DNA from: the human T2T-CHM13v2.0 reference genome, Homo sapiens
Length of the DNA: 64,000 bases
Assembly: GCF_009914755.1 (NCBI RefSeq)
Contig: NC_060938.1
Strand: one strand, 5' to 3'
Each line of letters starts with the position of its first letter. The first letter of the stretch is position 1. The notes beneath the pieces are model-generated. The model was given only the letters and a program-made list of their open reading frames with translations. It was not told the DNA's origin and did not search any database. This document shows, in pieces, positions 16,064 to 28,014 of the stretch. A program made the translations under genes and the position numbers.

Positions 16064-16739
16064 CTAGACTTTTTCCAAACCTGGCCGAGTGTGGTGCCTG
16101 AGCTGTGAGAAGTGTCCTCAGCCGACACTCACGAGGGCAGTGCAAGGGAGAACCTGCCAGCCCAGCCCCACCACAGGGAGAGTGCGTCAGCAGACCTGTC
16201 CTGGCCTGGCTGGTGTTGAAATACACACCGGTTTGCCCAAGTGGCTGTTATGGGGGAATGGCCGCTCCAGAGCTGGCTGTACCCCATGGTAGCCTCTGAG
16301 GAGGACGCTGTGGGGTGAGGTCCAGGGCTGCCTCCTCATGGAGCTGTGTGTGAGCAGGCGTTGGAGGGGTTCGAGCCCCTGGTTCTGTATCTTCAGCCAG
16401 CAAACGAAACCATATCGCAAACCAGAGCTGCTGGAAACCAGCACACGCAAAAGATGACGCCCAGCACAGCAGCAGGACACACCATGTGCCAGGAAATGAC
16501 CTCAGCAAGAAACCTCAGGCCGTGTGAAGAGCAGCAAAGCTTTCCAGAAGGCATAAAAGGAAACTTGAATAAAGGAAGATATGTTCCACATTCCTGGATG
16601 GAGGACTACACACATTATGGAAAGACCTCATTCTTTCCAAAGGAATTTATAGGTGTAGCTTGATTTCAGTTCAAATCCCCACTGGGATTGTTTTGTTGGG
16701 GCAGGCAGGGAGGAATAATGTTAGTACCCACAAATGCCC

Positions 16740-16890
16740 ATGACTGTGCCCAATGTGCTTCTCACCAGAGCCCTGCAAGGGGAAGTCTCATTAGCCCCTT
16801 GAGACTCAGAGAGGTTAGGTAACTTGCTCAAGGTCACACAGCACTGGGACTGGAAGCCAGCTCTGTAGAACTGCAGACCTGTGCTGTTTG
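16740..16890. mobile_element. MIR SINE fragment
   Basis: gagactcagagaggttaggtaacttgctcaaggtcacacagc matches the MIR core. Confidence 0.7.
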
Positions 16891-17247
16891 ATGCCTCCTC
16901 ACTGTCCCGTCACTCCTGGGAAGAAGAAACGGGTGAGAACTGCTAAGTGATGACAGGTGGAGCCCCAGCAGGGGCCACTCTATTGAATGGCATGGCCCAG
17001 ACCCTCGGAGGGCCAGGCAACAGGCTAGCAAGGCCCACAGGGAGGGAGCAGAATGGAGAGGGCATCTCAGATGCGCTTAAGGAGCGGCGGGGGCGGGGCA
17101 TGGGGGGTGTCACAACTAATGTGGCCACTGCTTCATTCTCTGGGCAAAATAATATTAAATGGATTAAAGAATCTAAAACCAGTGGGAAAACTGTCTGATT
17201 TCTGGATGGCAAAGGCTTTCTAAACTCAAAAGTGATAGGACAAGCTA

Positions 17248-17550
<303 letters not shown>

Positions 17551-17577
17551 TTAAAAACCTATACAACAATAAGAGGA

Positions 17578-17680
17578 GTGCGCCCTTCAGCAGCATGTAT
17601 ACAAAAATTGCAACGATACAGAGATTAGCATGGCCCCTGCACAAGGATGACTCGCAAATTCATAAAGCTTTCCATAAATA
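17578..17680 (+). pseudogene. U6 snRNA processed pseudogene
   Basis: Near full-length match to U6 (gtgc..cttc.gcagca..tatac.aaaattg.aacgatacagag.ttagcatggcccctgc.caaggatgac.cgcaaattc...ttccata). There is a 3-nt deletion after the ACAGAGA box, an AT-rich tail, and TSD-like flanks caataagagga (17567-17577) and caataggagga (17695-17705). Confidence 0.93.
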
Positions 17681-18353
17681 TATTTATTAAAAACCAATAG
17701 GAGGAGCACTTCGAGTCGAGTGTAAGGGCCCTTCACAAAAGCAGAAGGAACACTGGCCCAAACCCCCAGCACCCCGGAAGCAGAGGTGAGATGGGAGCAG
17801 CTTGGGAGCCCCCCATTGGCGCCGCCCTACTGGGGAAGCCGGTCCGTACGTAGGCCTTGCATCTCGCCACCTCCACTTCTGTCCTCAAGAACAAGTCCTA
17901 GGTCAAGGGAAACAGCACAGCCTGTTTATAATTAGGAAACACTTAAAACAGCCTGGCATTTGGGAACAGCCATGTTAACGTGAGCAAATTCCTCTCATGA
18001 AATAGCCTGCAGCTATTAAGAAGCACGTGTGTGCAGGAAGCGGAGGCGCAGGACCTCACCGCGCCAGCGTGAAGTTCCCGGGCATGGTCATGAAAGCGTG
18101 GTTCTGTAAGAAATCAGAGGGAGAAAGGGAGAGAAGGGGGAGGGAGACAACCCAAACGTTGGAGGGTATTTGTTGTAAACTTCAAACTTTTGGCAGGTTT
18201 GAAATTTTTCATAACTCCGGGGAGGAGCAAGAGGGGTGAAAAGAAACAAGTTCTCTACTTGTGATCAGCAGCTGGTCATAGTGGTTGCCTGGAGTATATG
18301 CCTTTTTGTATCCTTTGAATTTCCAGCCATGTAAATGTATTATTTATTCCAAA

Positions 18354-18359
18354 AATAAA
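18354..18359 (+). terminator. Distal poly(A) signal of TECPR2
   Basis: AATAAA with TGTA at ~18307, 18330 and 18336 upstream and gttgtct/ctttgtt downstream. Confidence 0.7.
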
Positions 18360-18835
18360 GCAGATTTACATTTTAAAAATTCAGTTGTCTCTAACTACTC
18401 TTTGTTATCAAGGCTGGTTGAGTCAAATATCACAAAGTAGACACCAATGACTTCTTAAAAATCATATTTACAAAGTACAATGGGGGAAATGCTTATACTA
18501 CATTAAGGTTAAAAAAATACTAAATTGTGTAACTGATCTGGTTTCATATATATATAAATATACACAGAAAAAAATGTAATATATATCTGCACAGAAAAAA
18601 GCTGAAAGAAACATATGCCAGAATGCTAGCAGTGCTTGTATGCGTGCAGATGACGCACTCAGTCAGCGCCTTTACTTGTACGTGAGCGCTTAGGGGCCCT
18701 GTCTCTGGGGACCATGTGGGGCGGTGGGGCGCTTGAGACAGTGTTTCCCTGCATCGTGGCCGGACCTCTCTACTCAATCCCCAGTGTTCTACAGTGAACA
18801 TGAATTTTATAAGCAGAAAGAAATTACTTTTAAGA

Positions 18836-19511
<676 letters not shown>

Positions 19512-22500
19512 TTACACACATGTAGACATTCATCAGAACTCATCAAAGTATACACTTAAGTCTGTGCATTTTATTACATGTAAGTAACACCTCAATCTGA
19601 AAAGTATCAGGGCAACACCACACACTGCAGAGGGGCAGGGCTCCTCCGGCAGTTACTCACTTCCCTTGAAACAGAAGCTCAAACATGGAGTAGTCTTCTG
19701 TGACTAAACTTGTTTTCCGCCCTCCCAACTTCCAGGAAGAACCTTCTTCTGAATAGGATTTGAGGTAACTTAGGAAACTGCTCTCAATACGGAATTTTAA
19801 AGTTGGTGAGGAAGTCGACAGAAGGGGAAGTCACAGTAGGAAAATCAAGGTACTATCAGGATGAAGTCAGCACGCAGAGCAAGGCCAGCGAGGCCCAGGC
19901 GCCAGGCCTTGGTCCCTGCCCACCTCACCCAGGCCAGCCAGACAGCACGGACTGCCCTACAAGGTCACCTCAGAGAGATGGGGGTGTTCTCTCACTGCTG
20001 GCTTTTGATGAGCCCAGGAGGGCTCAGCCTTCACTATCCTCCCTAACAGGCATTTGGGGTGCAGAGATGCTGACGCCTGAATAAGGTTGGGATTCGGGGC
20101 CCTTGGGAACACTGGGCACCTGGTGGGTGGGTGGAGGGGCAGGACCGGCTGCAGCCATGTTTCCCTTAGAAACAGACTGCTGGAATTAACGAACTAAACA
20201 AATGAACCAAGGTGCTTCACCCCCCAAAAAAGTGAGTTTTGTTCTGCGTGGAGCGATTGCCTTTGGGAAGCCACCAAGGCCACCTGCCAACAGGCAAATG
20301 CTGTGCTGCCGTCTGCCTGGCTGACTCCGGCCCTCCCAGTCCTGCAAGCTCATGGCCAGGACGATAACGATGACAGGGGCAACACCATGGTCCTCGCTGC
20401 CCTTCCTGGGGCAGGAGGGCCCAGAAGACTGATAAGCTAAACCCAGGGCCTCCCTCGGCTGCTTATCTGCCCAGCACCTTTCCTCTAGGTCCTCTCCTCC
20501 CACCAGTACAGGGGTCTGGGAGGGGGTTGCAGGGGGTCCTGAACCACAGATCCCTGGAGACTCAGTGGGAGCAGCTGTACTAGGAATCAGGCACCACTCC
20601 GCTGCTGTAAGTCTTCGTGAGAGCCACTGGCCAGCTTCCTCTGACTTCCCTGTCCCCTCACCCAAATCGATGACATCAGGAGCTAATGGCCCAGGCTGCC
20701 CTCCTGCTGCAGTGCCCATAATTCTTCCGGCAGGCCCCGCCCTGCACTCCACGACCAGCCTGGGTTCTTCATCCTGGTAACCTGACAATGGATTTCGTGG
20801 GGCCCACTCTCAGTGCCCGCCAGCCTGTGTCCTGCCTGGCCAGGCAATGAGTACCGGCGGCAGGCAGCTGCCTCACCCCTGCATGACCCCCCCAGCCCAG
20901 GGGACTCAATGGCGCTGTCATCAAAGGGGCAGCTGTAGATCTAGGAGGGACGTGGAGGGGGCTAGCCCTGGGCCTCTGGCATTGTGGAGGCTGACCTATA
21001 GAGAACAGAGCTGGAGCTGGGGAGACATGAAGTCTGCACATCTAGACCCCAGTGAGGAGCCCAGGCTTTCTAGGCACAAGCCCCATGGGCTCCCCGGGCC
21101 CAGCCCCTAAGAACCACGGCAGCTGCGCCAGGCCACTCCTGTCTCCACTTCCATACCCTCCAAAGGAGAGGCACCTCCCCCCCCCATGGCATCTCCAATC
21201 TGAGGACCTGCCACCTCCCAGAGGACCGGAGGCCCTGATGCCCCAAGAATTGGGCTTGGAAAGATGTTAATATCCACTGCCCCAAGTGCCAAGGTTCAGA
21301 GGCACTGGTCCAGGACACACAGCAGCGGGGAAGTGGAACCCTCACTCCAGCCTGCAGTCTGGGCTCTGTCACTGTGCTGTCTCTCCATCCTTCCCTCCCC
21401 ACAACCAGGGCTGTAGGCCCACCTAACACACCACACACTTCCCAGAAACAGGAGTCACATCCTTTTCAGGGCTGGTAGGGTGGCTGAAGATGGCCCAAAA
21501 CCTCCTGAATGGAAAAACCTTGATGGGGAGACTGAGGGCCAAGGCAGAGGTTTGTCCAAGGTCACCCCCAGAGTGGCGGATCCAGGACCCTGGGCAAGAT
21601 CTTCCTACTGTCCAGGCCTCTCCCCCACCTCTCTTGTGTGGCCCAGCACCCTGGACTCCTCCATGCCCAGGTGTGCTCCCCCCAGGCACGCTGGGGGCAG
21701 GGTGGGCAGCAGGTGCCCCCCACCAGGATAGTGGTTCTTCCTCCTGCAGACCTTCAGCCCTCTGCTCCTGGCAGGACACTGTGGCCCTCCTGCCCACGTT
21801 GGTGCGGGTTGAATTTGACGGCCCAGCAGAATTCCCAGGCAGGGCAGCCTGGCTATCCTCCCTGGTGTCTCGGCTCTGAGAGCGGAGACCCAGCCTCCCA
21901 GCCTGGAGTTGTGGTGAATTCGCAAACAAGTCTCCATCTCCAGAACCTTCCTGAAGAAAACAGCTCTCCAGGCTGGGGCAAGAAGCCTGTCCCTACAGTG
22001 ATACAACCACCCCTCAATAACCCCGGGCACCACCTGGCACCCACTGGGGGCCACCAGGGAGCCCACCAAGCCCACTCCGGGCTTGGACAGAGGGCAGGCC
22101 TGGAGGAAGGCACATCCAACCCCACTGACCGGCATGCACCTGGGGCCAGGGGCCTGCTGCCACTGCAGAGGTGAGAAGCAGGAGCAGCAAGACCTGGTGC
22201 CCATTAGTCATGGGGGAAAAGCAAAAGGGGGAGACAGGGACAAATCCAGGCCTGGGTGGGCTGCCTGTCAGGGGGAGTGATATCCAAGGAGGAACTGGTG
22301 GTCAGAGTGGGGTGGGGGATACCCGGTACAATTTGTTCATGCCTCAACACCAGCCACCGCGGGCCTGCCAGCCCTGTGTGCCCTCCCTGGCCCGGAGTCC
22401 ACAGGGTGCAAAAGGCTGACCGCACAGGACCTCCCGTGAGAACCCTACGCTGCAGAGCTCGTTCTCTTGGCTTCCAGGCCTTTTTATACGCTGTCCTGCT

Positions 22501-22837
22501 GCTTGGACATGCCAGTCCCCACCCCTGCACCTACCGAGCTCCTGCGGCACTCAGCTGTCACCCATCTGGGACGCACACCTGTCCGAGGCTCTAGATCAAG
22601 GTGGGAGGTTAGTCCTCACTCCCTTCAGGGGCTGGACAGCGAGCTGAAGGCCCGAGCCCAGCTGCACCCAGAAAACCTGCCACTTGGAACTCACCTGACC
22701 ATCCAAGCCCAGCCCCCAGTGCATGCGACAGATGAGGCAGAGATTGTGCCGTACAGAGATCAATATATATAAAGTGCCGGTACAACGCTCTGAAAAATAG
22801 TTTTGTCCCAAAATCCAGCGCCTAGGGTGCTCCGGGC

Positions 22838-23791
22838 CTAGCCTTTGCCAGTGAGGTCCAACGGCTGCAGGAATGGGGGCAGCGGCAGCTCGTCCAGGGC
22901 CTCGGGGAAGCGGCCTGGAGAGATGGCGGTGACCAGCACCTGCATGGCGCGCGCGAAGAGCGAGGGCGGCGCCAGGCCCGCCAGCCACTGGAACTTGTCC
23001 TCACCCAGCAGCCGCTGCCAGCGCGGCCGGTCGCCCAGCAGCTCCTGGCGGGCCGAGCCGGCGGCACCCACGGGGGTGTACAGCGCCAGGAGGTCCAGCA
23101 GCAGCAGGCGGCGCTGGCGCGGCTCCCCGGGAGCTGAGGCGGGGGCTCCGGCGGCGGAGGGAGTGGCCCCGGCGTCGCGGCCCAGCTGGCGCAGCAGCAG
23201 CTCGAGAGGCGTGAGGCCGCCGCCGTCCCGCAGACCGGGCGAGGCGCCGTGGCCCAGCAGCAGGAAGAGGCACTCGGGGCGCGCCAGCTCACAGGCCACG
23301 TGCAGCGACGTGCCACCGCCCTCCACGCGGCTGCAGCCACGCCGGTCCAGCACGCGCGCCCGCTCCTCGGCCGGGAAGTCGCGCAAGGTGCGCAGGATGC
23401 GGCGCAGAATGCCCACGCGGTTGTAGCGCACTGCCAGCGCCACGTGCGGCCCGGGAGCCGCGCAGCAGCGGAAGCCGGCACTGGGCGGTGCGAGCGCGCG
23501 CCGCGGGAACGTGGCCAGCAGGTAATGCGCGTACGCTTGGTGGTCGTGCACGAGCGCGTAGAGCAGCGCCTCAGAGGGCGAGTAGGCGGCGGCGCGCCCG
23601 CGCTCGTCCCAGTGGAAGGCCTCGCTGGCGCGCATATCCTCCAGCAGCCACACGGGTAGCAGGTCGCGCACCGCCTGGTAGAAGGCGAACGACGACTTGC
23701 GGCACTGCTTCTGCGCTCGCGAGCGCGCCGCGCCCGAGGCCTCGGGCCCGCCGTCCGCGCCACCCCCAGGCCGCCGCGCGTCCCACGGCAT
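22838..23791 (-). CDS. ANKRD9: Ankyrin repeat domain-containing protein 9 (317 aa, single coding exon)
   Basis: ATG at 23791 gives [15 protein letters not shown]...LDLTGKG-TAG. Ankyrin repeat [42 protein letters not shown]-terminal SOCS-box-like segment [12 protein letters not shown]...LPLPPFL. The 334-aa ORF in the track starts at an upstream non-ATG codon. Confidence 0.96.
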
Positions 23792-23880
23792 GCTGGCGGC
23801 GGGGCGTTCCTGGGCCTCAAGGCATGGATCCCGCGAAGGCACACCTGCGGGGAAAGGAAGAGGCCACGGTGAGGCGCGGG
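22850..23880. promoter_or_regulatory. Intragenic CpG island covering the ANKRD9 coding exon
   Basis: Very high GC content and CpG density by inspection. Confidence 0.85.
23792..23844 (-). other. ANKRD9: ANKRD9 last exon, 5'UTR part, and its splice acceptor
   Basis: Minus strand ctcttcctttccccgCAG|GTGTGCC, with the exon starting at 23844. Confidence 0.85.
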
Positions 23881-24376
23881 GAAACTGGGGAGGCCCGGGG
23901 ACTCCCCTCTGCCCCTCACACAGCCCCTCCGGTCCTGGCCCACCAGGCCTGTACCTACCTCCAGCCTCGGCCAGGCCCTTCCAGTCACCCTACAGCTCCA
24001 TCTCTCCGACGCCCAGAACCACCGCCTCCATCCTTGATCTAGCTGTACCTGTTCTCCCTCCTTGAAACTGACTTGCTCTCTGGCACCTCTGCTGGAAATG
24101 CCCTTGCTGCCCATGCCCTCAAATCTCCCCTCCCCTCTCCAACCCAGGGACCCACTGGAAGAGCTTCTGTTCCCACCTAAGCCAGGTTCATACGACCCCA
24201 AATAAAGAAAAGGCCAGGGAGGGGATGAGAAAGCTTGGGCCCACATCTCAAGCTGAGGCAAATCCACTCTCCAGCCCAAGCGCAACCCTGACCCTGATCT
24301 CCGACCCCAGACCACTTGGAGGCCCCTGGAGCCTCTTCCTGGGCTGTTCAGAGGCATGATCCAGACTCAGACCTAC

Positions 24377-24451
24377 CTGGTTCCTGCACCGCGATCACCT
24401 AGTTCCGGGGATGTGGGTATATCACAGTCCCTGGCCGAGCCTCAGCTTTAT
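24377..24451 (-). other. ANKRD9: Probable ANKRD9 non-coding 5'UTR exon (75 nt), MIR-derived
   Basis: Minus-strand acceptor cccctcccctttcttaCAG|ATAAAGCTGAGGCTC resembles the MIR core cccattttacagatgaggaaactgaggctc. Donor CAG|GTAGGT at 24376. Confidence 0.7.
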
Positions 24452-25430
24452 CTGTAAGAAAGGGGAGGGGTGGACGACGGCTGTGCGGGCGGGGTGAGCC
24501 TGGGGCGTGGCACCAGCCCTCTATCCAAACATGTTTGCTTACACGTTAGCTCCTGGGAGGAGATAGGAGGGTGAAAACAACCTGGAGACCGGTGTGCACC
24601 GCACTGCACAGTCTGCCATCCTCTTCAGGTCCCATACCTCTCTTGATCTCCCCGACTACTAGATGAAGCGGGTACTGCCATCCCACTTTCCAGCAGGGCA
24701 CAAGCTTCTCCAATTCTCCAAGGTCAGCAAGCCACGGCAGAGCCAGGCCTAGAACTCAGGTCCCCTGCGTCTCAGTTTGGGCTCATTCCAGAATTGGTGG
24801 GGACCCCCAACCCACAGGCAATCGAGCTTAGGCCCTGACCCTGCCCTCTGAGTCCCCAGCCCCGACCTGAGCCTAGGCGTCTGACCTCTGGCTCCGTCCC
24901 AACCTCCCTACTGCCTTCTTTCAAGGGTAAGCCCTTGGTCACAAGGGGCCTGGGACAGAAGGCAGGCCGCGTCCACACACACTGACTGGGTCACTATCAC
25001 TGGCAGTAACTGAGTTAAAGAGAGCGGCGCGGTGCGGGTAGGCTGTGGCCCGTGGGCAACACCGTGACTGGAGCCCCTTCCCCAAGCCTGGGCCTCCGGG
25101 CCCCAGATATGCCCTGTGCCGGCACGCGTGGGGCGCCGGGCGGGTTACGTAAAGTTCGGCCTCCCCACGTCACCGGGCAGAGTCACGGCCGCGGCTCGTG
25201 AATAAGGGGGTTGGGCCATCGAAGGCAGCGCCGCGCCCGGGGCCACCCGCCACCTCCTACCCGTCCCCTCCCGGCCTGCACGGCCAGACGTCGGGCGGCG
25301 GAGGGTCGCGGGGCCGAGCGGGGCGTCCGCGCGCAGGTGGCCGGCGCAGCGAGGGCTGCACCTGCGTGCGCGTGTGCCGGAGGAGGAGGGGGCGGCGGCC
25401 GCGGGCGCGGCGCGGGGGACGGGGACTCAC

Positions 25431-25680
25431 CATGGGGGGCGCGGGGGCCACAGGCCGGGCGTCCCCGCCCCTGCCGCGGACCGGAGCGCGCGCTGTCCCC
25501 CGCGGGCGAGCGGGCAAAGGTCCCACGACGGACGCACGGGAGGGAGCCACCGCCGCCCGCGCCCGCCGCAGCCGCGCTCTGAGCCGCCGCGGCCGGATCG
25601 CAGGGCGGCGGTGCCGTCGCCGGCGGCGGGCGGCGGGCGGCGGGCGGCGGGCGGCGCAGTGCGGCCCCGGCCAGGCAGGA
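25431..25680 (-). other. ANKRD9: ANKRD9 first exon (TSS approximate)
   Basis: Consensus donor ATG|GTGAGT at 25430-25425 inside a CpG island, just downstream of a CCAAT/CRE/GC-box cluster. Confidence 0.75.
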
Positions 25681-26059
25681 CAGCGGGACCGTCCGCCGCC
25701 GCCATTGGCCCGCGCCGCCGGCCCCCGCCACCACCCATTGGCCGCCGCGCTGCACCATTGTTACGTCACTGGCCGGCGGGCGGGGCGCACCGCTGGACCC
25801 GCGGAAAACTTCGGAGAAACTTGAGGGAGCGCCGGCGGGGAGAACGGAGAGGAGGGGCGGGGCCGTGGCGAAAGGGGCGGGGCGTTGATGGGCGGGGGCG
25901 GGGCTCCCGGAACCCGAGCTGCGGGCGAAGAAAGGCTCCGAGCTCCGAGCTGCCCTAGCCCGGGAGGGCGCCGCTGCTCTGCGAACTCGGGCGCGCGCGT
26001 AGGTGGCCCGCCCTCCGCCGTGCGTGACTTTCCTCGTCGCGTCCAGCTCCCCTTTTCTT

Positions 26060-26078
26060 TGACCTTACGTGACCTTGG
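26060..26078 (-). promoter_or_regulatory. Perfect DR4 nuclear-receptor element CCAAGGTCA-CGTA-AGGTCA
   Basis: Plus strand TGACCT (26060-26065) TACG TGACCT (26070-26075) TGG; not inside an Alu. Confidence 0.65.
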
Positions 26079-27723
26079 GAAAAACCTCCAGGCTGCTACC
26101 CCATCTGCACATGGGAGGGCCGGGGGTAGGAGCCGCGACCCCTAAGGGCTCCACCGCCTTCTGCCCGGCCAGGGTCGTGCCTGGCGCGCCCCCGCTCCAG
26201 CTGACCCGCGCAAGGGAGGGAGGGGCGGACGGATGGGGACAGCTGTTTAGGAGCGCGCACTGCGCCCATCTCGGCCTCAACACTCATGTTTCCACTTCGT
26301 TTCACGACCACCAGCCACAGTGGACACGATGATCCCCAGTTCACCCGCCAGCAAATCAGGGCTCAGAGAGGTGGCCTCAAAGAGAGGAGCGGCCAGGAGG
26401 GAAGCCGGGGGTTTGCCCTGCGGTTCTTCCCACATCTGGGCGGGATAGATTCGATTGGGCCTCGGCCACCCCCACCGTCTCCGTCGGGGGTTCCAAGGTT
26501 TGGGGTCATGACCTAGGGGGCTTAGGAGCCTGGGTCCATCTCAACTAATTTATGGCCTCACTCGCCCCCAGCGGCTGGGAATTCTAGGCCCATTTTACAG
26601 ATGTGGACGCAGATCTGGAGAGGGGCAATGACTGCTCAACCCCCCACCCATCCTCCCAGACACGACCTTCCACCTGGAATCCCCCCACACACGTTCTCAG
26701 AGGCCAGGCAGCCGGGGTCTCATGGTGAAATCCCCACATTCCATGCAGGGGCTCTTTCTGGTTCCTTCCCTAGAATGCTGTCCCTGCCCTTCCAGTACTA
26801 TCTCACCAGGGAGACCCTCCCACTCCCCCACTCCGCTCCAACCAAGCAAGGCCTCTGCCTCGCCCCGGTGGGAGGGGCCTCGTCCAGAGGGCACGCCCCT
26901 GCACACACAATCAGCCCTGTCCTGGCTTCTCTGTGTGCCCCAGCCAGTCAGTCTGGGTGGAAGTCTTACCTGGGCCCTCTCAACAGACCTAGGCAGGCCT
27001 CTGTCCCCAGCCCAACGAGCTCAATCCCTTAAGCACACACGCCACAGAGCAGTCCTGAGAGGCCAGGTGGACAGTACCATGAGGCAGACAAAGCTGTGAG
27101 GCCCAGAGAGGGTCAGGCCACCCCAGCCCAGGTAGGCACTCACATGTATCCTGCCCAGGCTGCCATGCATGGACCCACCAGGGGGATGACCAGACCCCAC
27201 CAGCCCTGCCCCACCTCAGGGCGGGGGACGTTCCAGGCCACGCCATCTCTCCCAGGGAGTCCATGGCAACTGCCAAGCTTACAGCAGCCAGGTTGTCAGC
27301 AGGAGTAGGGGTATAGAGGGCACTGGGCCTGGCATCCGCACCCGCCTTTGCCTCAGCTCCACATGTCTCCTCCTGTATCTAGGCCTATCTCCCTAGGGCT
27401 TCTCCCATCTGCCGGTTCTGGATGCCTCTGAGTACGATGGTGGGGAGAGCAAAGTGAGTGAAGGTCCTGGAGTCAACAATCGGCCTTTGGGAGCCCCAAA
27501 CCCTGGGGGACATCTTGGGGAGATGGTGCCCATGTGGGCTGTCTGTGGCTCAAGGCTCCCCTGCTCTCTTGCCCTCTTCGAAGGCTGGAGTTGAGATACA
27601 GCCGTCTCCATGGCTACTGGTGGAATGAGGGTGAAAGGGCACCAGTGGATGCCAGGCTGTGCACTGGGCCTCAGGGCGGGTCTCTCTCCACCCCTTGATG
27701 TCTTCCCTGCCCCCGTGCCCTGA

Positions 27724-28014
<291 letters not shown>

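Larger units (their letters stand above)
25020..26300. promoter_or_regulatory. CpG-island promoter of ANKRD9
   Basis: CpG dense. CCAAT on - at 25704-25708 and 25737-25741, TGACGTAA on - at 25761-25768, GC boxes at ~25778 and 25855-25900. Confidence 0.9.

Noticed and set aside
17578-17680. Functional U6 snRNA gene
   Set aside because: It has multiple substitutions, a 3-nt deletion next to the ACAGAGA box and TSD-like flanks, and no PSE upstream that I could recognise.
23792-23842. 17-aa N-terminal extension of ANKRD9 (334-aa ORF)
   Set aside because: It starts at a GTG two bases into the exon. The first in-frame ATG is at 23791.
23845-24357. 5' third of the 511-aa ORF as a real unspliced CDS
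   Set aside because: It lies in intron sequence upstream of a strong acceptor. Only the exonic part was kept, as a candidate alternative frame.
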